From positions 13,043 to 77,042 of the forward strand of contig DAORTX010000001.1 of assembly GCA_035432885.1 (NCBI GenBank): a stretch of DNA of 64,000 bases. The letters are read 5' to 3'. Source of the stretch: Usitatibacteraceae bacterium (GTDB lineage: Bacteria; Pseudomonadota; Gammaproteobacteria; Burkholderiales; Usitatibacteraceae). The notes under the pieces are model-generated. The model saw only the letters and a list, made by a program, of their open reading frames with translations. It was not told the origin of the DNA and ran no database searches. The position numbers and the translations under genes were made by a program. Shown piece by piece: positions 11,794 through 21,899 of the stretch (positions are counted from its first letter, which is position 1; each line of letters starts with the position of its first letter).

Positions 11794-12744
11794 ATGGCCC
11801 GCAACGCCCTCGCGATAGACGTCGATGGCCTCACGAAGCGCTTCGACGACAAGGTGGTGGTCGACAACTTCGGGCTCCAGGTCCCGAGCGGGCAGATCTA
11901 CGGCTTCCTCGGGCCCAATGGCAGCGGCAAGACGACGACGATCCGCATGTTGTGCGGCCTTCTCACGCCCGATGGCGGCAGCGGCACGTGCCTGGGGTTC
12001 GACATTCTCCGGGAGTCGGCGCGCATCAAGCGCGAGGTGGGCTACATGACCCAGCGATTCAGCCTCTACGAGGACCTCTCGATCGGCGAGAACCTCGAGT
12101 TCGTCGGGCGCATCTACGGCATGGCGGACCGGCGGCGCAGGGTGGCCGAAGCGCTGGAGCGCCTGGGTCTCGCCGCGCGCCGCGGACAGCTGGCGGGGAC
12201 GCTCTCCGGCGGATGGAAGCAGCGGCTGGCCCTCGCCGCCTGCCTCCTGCACGACCCGAAGCTCCTGCTCCTGGACGAACCCACGGCCGGCGTCGACCCC
12301 GGCGCCCGCCGCGAATTCTGGGAGCACCTGCACGAGCTCGCGCAGGGCGGCATGACCGTGCTCGTGAGCACGCATTACATGGACGAGGCGGAGCGATGCC
12401 ATGCCCTCGCCTACATCGCCTACGGCAAGCTTCTCGCGAGCGGGACCGCGCAGGACGTCGTCGCGAGCGCCGATCTCACGACGTGGGCGATCGAGGGCGA
12501 GGGCCTCGCCGCCGCCGCCGCGCAGCTTCGCGGCGCTCCCGGCGCGGAGATGGTGGTGCCGTTCGGCGCGCGAATCCACGTGAGCGGAACCGATGCCGGC
12601 GCCCTGGCCGAGAGCGTGGCGCGCGCGGCCTCCGGCGCGGGCCTCCGGGCGACCCGGATCGAACCGGGGCTGGAGGATGTCTTCATACACCTCATGCAGC
12701 GCGCGCCCGAGCCCGTCACGGCGGCCCGCGAGGCGCAGGCCTGA
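11794..12744 (+). CDS. ABC transporter ATP-binding protein
   Basis: ATG at 11794, in frame with the ORF 10852..12744. Walker A GPNGSGKTT, signature LSGGWKQRL, Walker B LLLLDEP. Confidence 0.9.
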   Translation: MARNALAIDVDGLTKRFDDKVVVDNFGLQVPSGQIYGFLGPNGSGKTTTIRMLCGLLTPDGGSGTCLGFDILRESARIKREVGYMTQRFSLYEDLSIGENLEFVGRIYGMADRRRRVAEALERLGLAARRGQLAGTLSGGWKQRLALAACLLHDPKLLLLDEPTAGVDPGARREFWEHLHELAQGGMTVLVSTHYMDEAERCHALAYIAYGKLLASGTAQDVVASADLTTWAIEGEGLAAAAAQLRGAPGAEMVVPFGARIHVSGTDAGALAESVARAASGAGLRATRIEPGLEDVFIHLMQRAPEPVTAAREAQA

Positions 12745-12747
12745 TCC

Positions 12748-13875
12748 ATGTTCGCCTGGAGCCGGTTCGCCGCCGTCGTCGTGAAGGAGTTCGTGCAGGT
12801 TCGCCGCGACCGCCTCACTTTCGCGATGATGATCGGCGTGCCGGTGATGCAGCTCGTGCTCTTCGGCTACGCGATCAACATGGACCCGAAGGGGCTTCCG
12901 ATGGCGGTGGTCGCCGCGGAGGCGAGCCCGTTCTCCCGCTCGCTCGTGAGCGCCCTCGAGGCGAGCGGATACTTCCGCGTGGTCGCGCAGCCCGCGAACG
13001 AGTCCGACGCGGAGGCGCTCATGGCGCAGGGCGACGTGCAGTTCGTGCTGCACCTGCCGGCGGACTTCTCGCGCAAACTCGCGAGGGGGGAGCGTCCCGT
13101 GGTGCTGGTCGAGGCCGATGCATCGGATCCCGCGGCCACGGGAAACGCGCTTGCCGCCATCCAGTCGATCAACGCGAGCGCGCTCGACCGCGACCTTTCG
13201 GGCCCGCTCGCCTCCCTGCGGGCGGGAGCGCCCGCGTTCGAGCTTCGCGTGCACCGTCGCTACAACCCGGAGGGCGTCACGGCCTACAACATCGTCCCGG
13301 GCCTCATGGGCGTCGTCCTCACGATGACGATGGTGATGATGACCGCGCTTGCGATGACGCGCGAGAGGGAGCGCGGGACGATGGAGAACCTGCTCGCCAC
13401 GCCGGTGAGGCCCTTCGAGGTCATGGCCGGAAAGATCGTGCCCTACATCCTCATCGGCTACGTCCAGGTCGTGGTGATCCTCGTGGCCGCGAAACTGCTG
13501 TTCCAGGTGCCCATGGTGGGAAGCCTCCCGCTCCTGTCGGCCATCCTGGTGCTGTTCATCGCGGCCAACCTCGCCGTGGGATTCACGTTCTCGACGCTCG
13601 CGAGGAACCAGCTCCAGGCCATGCAGATGACCTTCTTTTTCTTCCTGCCCTCGATGCTGCTTTCGGGCTTCATGTTCCCGTTCCGCGGCATGCCGGGCTG
13701 GGCCCAGGCCATCGGGGAGGTCCTGCCGCTCACGCATTTCCTGAGGATCGTCCGCGGCATCCTGCTCAAGGGCAATCACGGGTCCGACATCGCCCTGGAA
13801 GTCGCCGCCCTCGCCGCGTTTCTCCTCGCCGCCGGCGCCGTGGCGCTCGCCCGGTACCGGGAAACACTCGACTGA
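12748..13875 (+). CDS. ABC-2 type transporter permease (YbhR/YhhJ-like)
   Basis: 375 aa. After TM1 there is a large extracytoplasmic loop, then a C-terminal cluster of TM helices. It starts 3 nt after the ATPase gene. Confidence 0.85.
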   Translation: MFAWSRFAAVVVKEFVQVRRDRLTFAMMIGVPVMQLVLFGYAINMDPKGLPMAVVAAEASPFSRSLVSALEASGYFRVVAQPANESDAEALMAQGDVQFVLHLPADFSRKLARGERPVVLVEADASDPAATGNALAAIQSINASALDRDLSGPLASLRAGAPAFELRVHRRYNPEGVTAYNIVPGLMGVVLTMTMVMMTALAMTRERERGTMENLLATPVRPFEVMAGKIVPYILIGYVQVVVILVAAKLLFQVPMVGSLPLLSAILVLFIAANLAVGFTFSTLARNQLQAMQMTFFFFLPSMLLSGFMFPFRGMPGWAQAIGEVLPLTHFLRIVRGILLKGNHGSDIALEVAALAAFLLAAGAVALARYRETLD

Positions 13876-13949
13876 GCCCGCCGGGGGACAGCCGCCTTGT
13901 TTCGCTTTGATACAATTACACTTTTTCCCGCCCCACGACTCCGGCTACC

Positions 13950-14603
13950 ATGAACGTCGAGCAGGCCCGCTTCAACATGATCGAGCAGCAGATTCGGCCG
14001 TGGGACGTTCTCGATCCCGACGTGCTGGGCCTGCTCTTCGAGATGAAGCGGGAGCGATTCGTGCCCGCCGCCCACGCGGCCCTCGCCTTCGCCGACCTGG
14101 AAATCCCGATCGGCCACGGTGAAGCGATGATGCCGCCCCGCGTGGAGGCGAGGATCGTGCAGGAGCTCGCGGTTCGATCGGAGGAAACGGTGTACGAGGT
14201 GGGCACGGGATCGGGTTATCTCGCGGCGTTGCTGGCGCGCCGCGGGAGGCATGTCACGAGCGCGGAGATCCACGGGGACCTCCATGACCGCGCGGCGGCG
14301 AACCTTGCGCGCGCGGGACTGCCGAACATCACCCTGTTGCAGGGAGACAGCGCCCGCTCGCCGCTGGGGGAGTCGGCCTACGACGTGATCGTGCTCACGG
14401 GATCGACGCCCGAGTTGCCTCAGGGCTTTCTCGACCGGTTGAATCCCGGCGGGCGCCTGTTCGCCGTCGTGGGCGATCCCCCGGTGATGAGGGCGCTGCT
14501 CGTCGAACGGGCCGCGGGAGGAGCACTCCGGCAGAAGCCGTTGTTCGAGACGATCCTGAAGCCCCTCGTCAACGCGCTTTCGCCTGCGCGCTTCCGGTTC
14601 TGA
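13950..14603 (+). CDS. Protein-L-isoaspartate O-methyltransferase family protein
   Basis: 217 aa with the SAM-binding motif VYEVGTGSGYLAALLA. An extended -10 (TGATACAAT, 13908-13916) lies upstream. Confidence 0.75.
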   Translation: MNVEQARFNMIEQQIRPWDVLDPDVLGLLFEMKRERFVPAAHAALAFADLEIPIGHGEAMMPPRVEARIVQELAVRSEETVYEVGTGSGYLAALLARRGRHVTSAEIHGDLHDRAAANLARAGLPNITLLQGDSARSPLGESAYDVIVLTGSTPELPQGFLDRLNPGGRLFAVVGDPPVMRALLVERAAGGALRQKPLFETILKPLVNALSPARFRF

Positions 14604-14923
14604 TGCGCCACATGGGGCCGACCCAGCTGCAAACGTGGCTCGCGGCCGCAAGCGGCCCGGCCCTGCTGCTCGACGTCCGCGAGGCGTGGGAGTACGAGCT
14701 TTGCCGCCTGGACGGCTCGCGCCTCATACCGCTTTCGCAGCTGCCCGCGCGAATCGGGGAGCTCGACCAGTCGCGCACGACGGTGGTGATCTGCCACCAC
14801 GGCGTGCGCAGCCTGCGCGCCGCCGCCTATCTCGAGCATTGCGGATTCGACGACGTGGTGAACCTGAGCGGCGGCATCGACGCCTGGGCGCGTACCGTGG
14901 ACCGCGGCATGGCCGTGTACTGA
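14603..14923 (+). CDS. Rhodanese-like domain protein
   Basis: 106 aa with the active-site loop CHHGVRS. Its start overlaps the upstream stop (TGATG). Confidence 0.8.
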   Translation: MRHMGPTQLQTWLAAASGPALLLDVREAWEYELCRLDGSRLIPLSQLPARIGELDQSRTTVVICHHGVRSLRAAAYLEHCGFDDVVNLSGGIDAWARTVDRGMAVY

Positions 14924-15008
14924 CATTCGCCGGGGGCCTCCGGTGGAAATCCGGATGGCGTTCCCGCCGCGTCTTACCCCTAGCAGAACAACCAACGGAA
15001 AGACCTCC

Positions 15009-16322
15009 ATGAACCCCAAACGACTCGTCCTCCTCCTTGCCGCCGCGGGCCTCGCCTTCTCGGCCCGGGGAGCGGACCTTCTCGGCGTCTATCGCGACGC
15101 GCTCGTGAGCGACCCCGTCTTCCAGTCGGCCCGCGCGCAGTACCAGTCGGGCCTCGAAGCCCTTCCGATCGCCCGGGCGGGGTACCTGCCGAGCGTGAGC
15201 GGAACGGCGTCGGCCTTCCGGAACCAGGTGGACACCTCGGCCTCGGCAAGGACGGACTACAACACCCAGAGCTATGCGGTGACGCTGTCGCAGCCGGTCT
15301 TTCGCTGGCAGAACTGGATCGCGATCTCCCAGGCCGAGCAACAGGTGCTGCAGACCGAGGCCACGTTCGCCTCCGCGAAACAGGACCTCATCGTGCGCGT
15401 GGCCCAGGCGTATTTCGACGTGCTGCTCGCGCAGGACAACGTGGCCGTGTCGGAAGCGCAGAAGAAGGCGATCTCCGAGCAGCTGGCGCAGGCCAAGCGC
15501 AACTTCGAGGTGGGCACCTCCACCATCGTCGACACGCTGGAAGCCCAGGCGCGCTACGACCAGGCCGTCGCGAAGGACATCTCCGACAAGAACGACCTCG
15601 AGGTGAAGAAGCGCGCCCTGCAACAGCTCCTGGGCAAGCCTTCCGACGGCCTCGCGCCGCTCAAGGAAGCCCTGGAGCTGCCCACGCCGAAGCCCGCCAA
15701 CATCGAGGACTGGGTGAGCGCGGCTTCGACGTCGAGCTTCTCGGTCGCGGTGTCCCGAGCCGCGCTCGAGATCGCCGGCCAGGAAGTCGAGCGAGCCAAG
15801 GCCGGCCATTACCCGACCGTGGACCTGTCGGCGTCCTATACCCATTCCAGGGCGCCGACCCTGAGCCTGGGCACGAGCGAGATCACCACCAACAGCGGCG
15901 CGCTCGGCCTGCAGCTGTCGGTGCCGCTCTTCGCCGGCGGCGCGACGCAGTCGCGCGTGCGGCAGGCGCTTGCCGGTCGCGACCGCGCCGGGCAGGACCT
16001 CGAGAACACGCAGCGCACCGTGGCCCAGTCGGTGCGGCAGAGCTATCTCAACGTGACGAGCGGCATCGCGCAGGTGAAGGCGCTGGAGCAGGCGTTGGCT
16101 TCCACGCAAAGCCAGCTCGACTCGACCATTCTCGGCCGCGACGTGGGCGTGCGCACCAGCGTCGATGTGCTGAACGCGCAGCAGCAGGTCTTCCAGACGC
16201 GGCGCGATCTCCTGCAGGCCCGCTACGCGTACATCCTGAACACGCTGAGGCTCAAGGCCGCCACGGGCACGCTCGACGAGCCGGACCTGGAGCAGGTCAA
16301 CCGCGCGCTGGGCCGCGGCTAG
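15009..16322 (+). CDS. tolC: TolC family outer membrane channel
   Basis: The ATG at 15009 gives a signal peptide (LAAAGLAFSARGADL). Two repeated halves show the TolC-type helical pattern (YLPSVS ..., YPTVDLSASY ...). Confidence 0.85.
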   Translation: MNPKRLVLLLAAAGLAFSARGADLLGVYRDALVSDPVFQSARAQYQSGLEALPIARAGYLPSVSGTASAFRNQVDTSASARTDYNTQSYAVTLSQPVFRWQNWIAISQAEQQVLQTEATFASAKQDLIVRVAQAYFDVLLAQDNVAVSEAQKKAISEQLAQAKRNFEVGTSTIVDTLEAQARYDQAVAKDISDKNDLEVKKRALQQLLGKPSDGLAPLKEALELPTPKPANIEDWVSAASTSSFSVAVSRAALEIAGQEVERAKAGHYPTVDLSASYTHSRAPTLSLGTSEITTNSGALGLQLSVPLFAGGATQSRVRQALAGRDRAGQDLENTQRTVAQSVRQSYLNVTSGIAQVKALEQALASTQSQLDSTILGRDVGVRTSVDVLNAQQQVFQTRRDLLQARYAYILNTLRLKAATGTLDEPDLEQVNRALGRG

Positions 16323-17580
16323 CGGCCAGGCGCGGGACGAGCCACGCCGACAGGCGCGCCATCGCGCCGCGATTGGCTTGCGCGAAGCGCTGCGCGCGAA
16401 GACCCATGTCGGCGCACCGCCGACGGTCGCCGAGCAGCGCGAGCGCCATCGCAACCGCTTCACGGGCGTCCCGGGCCCTAAGCCCGGCCCCTTCGTCCAG
16501 TGCGGCTTCCGCGGCGCTCTCGAAATTGAAGGTGTGCGGGCCGAAGATCACCGGCCGCCCGACCGCGCAGGGCTCGATCAGGTTCTGCCCGCCGTAGGGC
16601 TTGAGGCTGCCGCCCACGAAAACGACGTCGGCGACCGCGTAATAGGCGAGCATCTCGCCCATCGAATCGCCGAGCGCATAGCGCGCTGCGGCCGGCACGG
16701 GCCGGGCGAGGCTGCGCCGGGCGACTGGCGCACCACCACGGGAAAGCAGGGAAGCGACTTCCTCGAAGCGCTGCGGATGGCGCGGCACGACCACCACCAG
16801 CACGTCGGGCGCGGGATCGGCTTCCTCGATCGCCTCCATGAGCAGGGATTCCTCCCCGTCGCGAGTGCTCCCGACGACCCAGATGCGCCGACCGGGTCCG
16901 AAGATCGATCGCAGGTCGCGGCCGCGCGCCTCGATGTCCTCCGGGACCGCGAGGTCGAACTTGATGTTTCCGGTCACCGCGACGTCCTTCGCCCCGAGCG
17001 CTTCGAGCCGTCGGGCGTCCTCGAGGGTCTGCGCGGCCACGCCGGCGAGGTGGCCGAGCGCCTCGCGGGCGAGCGGGGCCACGCGGGCGTATCCGGCCGC
17101 CGAACGCTTCGAGAGCCTCGCATTCACCAGGAAGACGGGTATGTCGCGCGCATGGCATTCGCCCAGCAGGTTCGGCCAGACCTCCGTCTCGAGGAGCACG
17201 CCGAAGGCAGGCCGTGCCCGGTCGAGAAATCGGCGCACGGCGAAACCGAGGTCCCAGGGCAGCCAGGACCGCATGACCCGATCGCCGAAGATCTCCACTC
17301 CGGTGGCGCGGCCCGTCGGCGTCATGTGCGTGAGCAGGATGGTGGCGCGGGGATGATCGTGCAGCAGGACGGCAACGAGCGGCTCGGCGGCGCGGGTTTC
17401 TCCGACGGAGACGGCGTGAACCCAGATCACCGGGCCGTCGACCGGGCGCGGCGCGCCGCCGAAGCGCTCGCCCAGGTGCTCGAGGTAGCGAGGCTCGCGC
17501 CTTGCGCGCCAGGCGAGGCGTGCCACCACGAAGGGAAGCGCGAGCCACAGGAGCGCGCCGTACGCCAGTCGCGCCATCAT
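16297..17580 (-). CDS. waaA: 3-deoxy-D-manno-octulosonic acid (Kdo) transferase
   Basis: The ATG at 17580 gives 427 aa (MMARLAYGALLWLALPF ... WVHAVSVGE), typical of KdtA/WaaA. The upstream part of the 550-aa ORF is Arg/Gly-rich. Confidence 0.85.
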   Translation of the reverse strand: MMARLAYGALLWLALPFVVARLAWRARREPRYLEHLGERFGGAPRPVDGPVIWVHAVSVGETRAAEPLVAVLLHDHPRATILLTHMTPTGRATGVEIFGDRVMRSWLPWDLGFAVRRFLDRARPAFGVLLETEVWPNLLGECHARDIPVFLVNARLSKRSAAGYARVAPLAREALGHLAGVAAQTLEDARRLEALGAKDVAVTGNIKFDLAVPEDIEARGRDLRSIFGPGRRIWVVGSTRDGEESLLMEAIEEADPAPDVLVVVVPRHPQRFEEVASLLSRGGAPVARRSLARPVPAAARYALGDSMGEMLAYYAVADVVFVGGSLKPYGGQNLIEPCAVGRPVIFGPHTFNFESAAEAALDEGAGLRARDAREAVAMALALLGDRRRCADMGLRAQRFAQANRGAMARLSAWLVPRLAASRGPARG

Positions 17581-18545
17581 GCCGGCGCGGCCGACCCGAG
17601 GAGAAGACGGACGACCTCCTTCACCGTGGGAGCCTTGCCCGGTCCGCCAAGGCTCACGGCGCGCTCGCCGCCGTGCAGCCCGGTAAGTCCGGGTTGGGTG
17701 GCCACGTAGAGGCCGACCGTGGGCGTGCCCAGCGCCACCGCGAGGTGGGTGAGTCCCGTATCGACGCCCACGACCGCGCTCGCGTGGGCGAGGAGGGCCG
17801 CGGCTTCCGGAAGCGTCAGCGCGGGCGCGGCGATCGCGCCCGGGGAGGCCGCCGCGAGCCGCGACGCGGCCGCGCGCTCCGAGTCGGACCCGCCCGGATA
17901 GATCGTGGCGATGGCCTGGGATTCCAGGCTTGCCGCGAGCGACGCCCACCGGTCGTCCGGCCAGCGCTTGGCCGCGCGGCTGGAGGCGTGCAGCGCGACG
18001 ACGTAATCCCTGGAAGACGTCCAGGCCGGCGCGACCGGCGGCGCGGAAAGCCCGTAGTCCGGCGGGCCCTCGGGCTCGTAGCCGAAGACGGCGCCGACCA
18101 GGCGCCGGTTGCGGTCGACGGCATGGAGCTTCCTCGGGACGGCGAGCGTCTGGTCGTAGAACCGGGCGGCCGCGCGCTCGCGAATGCTGCGGCGGTCGTA
18201 TCCGAACAGGACGCCGCGCGCGAGCCGCGCCACGGCCACGCTCTTCAGCAGCCCCTGCGCATCCACGATCCAGTCATAGGGCTTCTCGCGCAAGGCGCGG
18301 CGCGCGGCCGAAAGCGCTCCCCACGCCGACGGCGCGAGGAGGCTGGAACGAAGCCGCCGGAGTCCGACCGGTATCACGCGCGTCACCGCGGGGTGAAGCC
18401 GCACGAGGGGCGCGTAGGCCTCCTCCACGGCCCAGTCGATGGCCACCTCGGGACGCTTCGCCCGAAGGTCGGAAATGGCCGGAAACAAGTGGATCACGTC
18501 GCCGAGCGAGGAGAGCTTCACGAACAGGGCGCGCGGCGAAGGCAT
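17577..18545 (-). CDS. waaC: ADP-heptose:LPS heptosyltransferase I
   Basis: The ATG at 18545 gives 322 aa. The N-terminus FVKLSSLGDVIHLFPAISDL ... IDWAVEE resembles WaaC. It shares a 4-nt overlap with waaA. Confidence 0.75.
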   Translation of the reverse strand: MPSPRALFVKLSSLGDVIHLFPAISDLRAKRPEVAIDWAVEEAYAPLVRLHPAVTRVIPVGLRRLRSSLLAPSAWGALSAARRALREKPYDWIVDAQGLLKSVAVARLARGVLFGYDRRSIRERAAARFYDQTLAVPRKLHAVDRNRRLVGAVFGYEPEGPPDYGLSAPPVAPAWTSSRDYVVALHASSRAAKRWPDDRWASLAASLESQAIATIYPGGSDSERAAASRLAAASPGAIAAPALTLPEAAALLAHASAVVGVDTGLTHLAVALGTPTVGLYVATQPGLTGLHGGERAVSLGGPGKAPTVKEVVRLLLGSAAPA

Positions 18546-18638
18546 GGCGCATTCTAGAACGGCCGCGACGGCCGGGTCGAAGGCCGCCGTCCGGCGGCAC
18601 GGTAATATGCCCGTTTCGCCTCCATCGCCGCCGCAAAC

Positions 18639-19406
18639 GTGACTCCCCAGCCCGAAAAGCTTCCCCTCTCCGTCGCCGTCATCGCGCTCAACGCCGAGGC
18701 CCAGATCGGCGAGCTTCTCGACAGCGTCGGATTCGCCGATGAAGTCCTGGTGGTCGACTCCGGCAGCACGGATGCCACGATGGGCATCGCGCAGTCCCGC
18801 GGCGCCCGCGTGATCCGCAAGGAATGGCTGGGCTACGGTCGCCAGAAGCAGTTCGCGGTGTCCTCGGCGGCCAACGACTGGGTGCTCTGCCTCGACGTGG
18901 ACGAGCGCGTCACGCCTCGCCTCGCGCAGTCGATCCGCGAGGCGCTCGCCGACGGCCGCTTCAAGGCGCGGCGCATGGCGAGGCGCAACCGTTTCCTCGG
19001 GGTCTGGCTGTCCCATGGCGAGGGATACCCGGACTGGACGCTGCGGCTCTTTCACCGCGCCCACGCGAGCTGGTCCAACGACGAGGTGCACGAAGCGGTT
19101 CTCACGACCGCCGAGGTCGGTCGCCTCGAAGGCGACCTGCTGCACGATTCGGCCGAGGACGTCGAGACCTACATGACGAAGCAGAACCGCTACACGACGC
19201 TGCATGCCCAGGCGCTTTATCGGCAGGGCGTGCGTGCCGGCTACGCGAAGCTCTTCCTGAATCCCCTGGCGCGCTTCATCAAGTTCTACGTCCTTCGGCT
19301 CGGCTTCCTCGACGGCGGCGCGGGCTTCGCGCACGTCGTGATCGGCTGCAACAACACCTTCCAGAAGTACCTGAAGCTGATCGAGCTGCAGAAGGCGGGC
19401 GAATGA
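18639..19406 (+). CDS. Family 2 glycosyltransferase (LPS core-type)
   Basis: 255 aa from a GTG start, with GT-A motifs (VAVIALNAE ..., [13 protein letters not shown]). It is divergent from waaC. Confidence 0.75.
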   Translation: MTPQPEKLPLSVAVIALNAEAQIGELLDSVGFADEVLVVDSGSTDATMGIAQSRGARVIRKEWLGYGRQKQFAVSSAANDWVLCLDVDERVTPRLAQSIREALADGRFKARRMARRNRFLGVWLSHGEGYPDWTLRLFHRAHASWSNDEVHEAVLTTAEVGRLEGDLLHDSAEDVETYMTKQNRYTTLHAQALYRQGVRAGYAKLFLNPLARFIKFYVLRLGFLDGGAGFAHVVIGCNNTFQKYLKLIELQKAGE

Positions 19407-20464
19407 CCATCCTCGTCACCGGGGGCGCCGGATTCATCGGATCCAATTTCGTCCTCGACTGGCTCGGCCGCGAGGCGGGGCCGGTGGTGAACCTCGACAA
19501 GCTCACCTATGCCGGCAACCTCGCGAACCTCGCGTCGATCTCGGCGGACCCGAGGCATCGTTTCGTGCACGGCGACATCGCCGACCAGCCGGCCGTCGAG
19601 GCGCTGCTCGCCGCCCACCGGCCGCGCGCGATCGTGCACTTCGCCGCCGAAAGTCACGTCGACCGGTCGATCCACGGGCCCGGCGAGTTCGTCCAGACCA
19701 ACGTCCTGGGCACGTTCAGGCTGCTCGAGGCGGCACGCGGCCATTGGCAATCGCTCACCGGGCAGGAACGCGAGTCGTTCCGGTTCCTGCACGTGTCGAC
19801 CGACGAGGTCTATGGTTCGCTCGCCGAGGACGACCCCGCCTTCTCGGAGACCACCGCGTACGCGCCCAACAGCCCCTATTCGGCCTCCAAGGCGGCAAGC
19901 GACCACCTGGTCCGCGCCTACCACCATACCTACGGGCTCCCGGTCCTCACGACGAACTGCTCCAACAACTACGGGCCCTACCAGTTTCCGGAGAAGCTGA
20001 TCCCGCTCACGATCGCCAACGCGCTCGAGGGCAGGCCGCTCCCCGTGTACGGCGACGGCAGGCAGGTGCGCGACTGGCTCTACGTGGGAGACCATTGCGA
20101 GGCCATCCGGAGGGTGCTGGCGAAGGGCCGTCCGGGCGAGGTCTACAACATCGGCGGCAACGCGGAGAAGCGCAATTTGGACGTGGTGCACGCCCTTTGC
20201 GACGCGCTGGAGCGCCTTCGCCCCCGCGAGGGGGGATACCGGGGCCTCGTCGCCTTCGTGTCGGACCGCCCTGGTCACGACCGGCGCTACGCCATCGACT
20301 CGAGCAAGATCCGCGCGCAAGTCGGCTGGGCTCCTCGCGAGAGCTTCGCGAGCGGGCTCGCGCGAACCGTATGCTGGTACCTGGACAACGCCGCCTGGGT
20401 GGCGCGCGTGAGGAGCGGCGAGTACCGCCGCTGGATGGAGAAGAACTACGAGGAGAGGGCGTAG
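19403..20464 (+). CDS. rfbB: dTDP-glucose 4,6-dehydratase
   Basis: ATG at 19403. Carries the Rossmann motif [10 protein letters not shown] and the SDR catalytic YSASK. Confidence 0.95.
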   Translation: MTILVTGGAGFIGSNFVLDWLGREAGPVVNLDKLTYAGNLANLASISADPRHRFVHGDIADQPAVEALLAAHRPRAIVHFAAESHVDRSIHGPGEFVQTNVLGTFRLLEAARGHWQSLTGQERESFRFLHVSTDEVYGSLAEDDPAFSETTAYAPNSPYSASKAASDHLVRAYHHTYGLPVLTTNCSNNYGPYQFPEKLIPLTIANALEGRPLPVYGDGRQVRDWLYVGDHCEAIRRVLAKGRPGEVYNIGGNAEKRNLDVVHALCDALERLRPREGGYRGLVAFVSDRPGHDRRYAIDSSKIRAQVGWAPRESFASGLARTVCWYLDNAAWVARVRSGEYRRWMEKNYEERA

Positions 20465-20467
20465 GCG

Positions 20468-21346
20468 ATGAGGAAAGGAATCATCCTGGCCGGAGGCTCG
20501 GGCACGCGGCTCTACCCCGTGACGCAGGTCGTCTCGAAGCAACTCCTGCCCGTCTACGACAAGCCGATGGTGTACTACCCGCTGTCGACGCTCATGCTCG
20601 CGGGCATTCGCGACATCCTCGTCATTTCGACCCCGCGGGACACGCCGCGTTTCGCGGAGCTTCTGGAAGACGGAAGGTCCTGGGGCCTGTCGATTTCCTA
20701 TGCCGTGCAGCCGCGCCCGGAAGGTCTCGCGCAAGCCTTCCTCATCGGCCGCGACTTCGTGGGCAGGGACCCCTCGTGCCTCGTGCTGGGAGACAACATC
20801 TTCTACGGTCACGATCTGGGCGCGCAGCTGGAGAAGGCCGCCAGCGGGGACAGCGGCGCGACCGTCTTCGCCTACCCCGTGAAGGACCCGCAGCGCTATG
20901 GCGTGGTCGAGTTCGACGTCGCGGGCAGCGTCGTCTCCATCGAGGAGAAGCCGGCTGCGCCAAAGTCGCGCTATGCCCTCACCGGACTCTACTTCTACGA
21001 CAACCGCGTCCTCGACATTGCCGCTTCGATGAAGCCCTCGCCCCGGGGAGAGCTGGAAATCACCGACGTGAACCGGCGCTATCTCGACATGGGGATGCTT
21101 TCGGTCGAAGTCATGGGCCGCGGAACGGCGTGGCTGGACACGGGCACGCACGAAAGCCTGCTCGAGGCCGCCCAGTTCATCGAGACCATCGAGCGCCGGC
21201 AGGGCCTCAAGGTCGCCTGCCCCGAGGAGATCGCCTGGCGCCAGGGCTGGATCGACGCGGCCCAGGTCGAGCGGCTGGCCGAGCCCCTGCGCAAGAACGC
21301 CTACGGACGCTACCTCCTCGAGGTCCTGCGAGAGCGGGTCTTCTGA
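20468..21346 (+). CDS. rfbA: Glucose-1-phosphate thymidylyltransferase
   Basis: 292 aa beginning [19 protein letters not shown]. Confidence 0.95.
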   Translation: MRKGIILAGGSGTRLYPVTQVVSKQLLPVYDKPMVYYPLSTLMLAGIRDILVISTPRDTPRFAELLEDGRSWGLSISYAVQPRPEGLAQAFLIGRDFVGRDPSCLVLGDNIFYGHDLGAQLEKAASGDSGATVFAYPVKDPQRYGVVEFDVAGSVVSIEEKPAAPKSRYALTGLYFYDNRVLDIAASMKPSPRGELEITDVNRRYLDMGMLSVEVMGRGTAWLDTGTHESLLEAAQFIETIERRQGLKVACPEEIAWRQGWIDAAQVERLAEPLRKNAYGRYLLEVLRERVF

Positions 21347-21353
21347 GTCCGCG

Positions 21354-21899
21354 ATGAAGGTGATTCCGACCGCCATCCCGGACGTGATCGTCCTCGAGCC
21401 GAAGGTGTTCGGCGACGATCGCGGGTTCTTCTTCGAAAGCTACAACCGCCGTGCCTTCCGGGACGCCACCGGCCTCGACCCGGACTTCGTGCAGGACAAC
21501 CATTCAAGGTCGGCGCGCAACGTGCTGCGCGGGCTGCACTACCAGGTGCTGCAGGCGCAGGGCAAGCTCGTGCGCGTGACCCAAGGAGAGGTGTACGACG
21601 TGGCGGTCGACCTGCGCCGCTCTTCCGCGCATTTCGGGAAATGGGTGGCCGTGAGCCTGTCCGCGGCGAGCCGCCGCATGCTCTGGGTCCCGGCAGGATT
21701 CGCGCACGGCTTCGTGGTGACCTCGGACTACGCCGAATTCCTGTACAAGACGACCGACTACTACGCGCCGGTGCACGAGCGCACGCTGTTGTGGAACGAC
21801 CCGGCGCTCGCGATCCCCTGGCCCGTCGAAGGAGAGCCGCTGTTGAAGGCCGGCGACGCCGCGGGAACGCCGCTTGCTGCCGCGGAGACCTTTCCGTGA
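21354..21899 (+). CDS. rfbC: dTDP-4-dehydrorhamnose 3,5-epimerase
   Basis: 181 aa with the motifs FGDDRGFFFES and RGLHYQ. Confidence 0.95.
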   Translation: MKVIPTAIPDVIVLEPKVFGDDRGFFFESYNRRAFRDATGLDPDFVQDNHSRSARNVLRGLHYQVLQAQGKLVRVTQGEVYDVAVDLRRSSAHFGKWVAVSLSAASRRMLWVPAGFAHGFVVTSDYAEFLYKTTDYYAPVHERTLLWNDPALAIPWPVEGEPLLKAGDAAGTPLAAAETFP

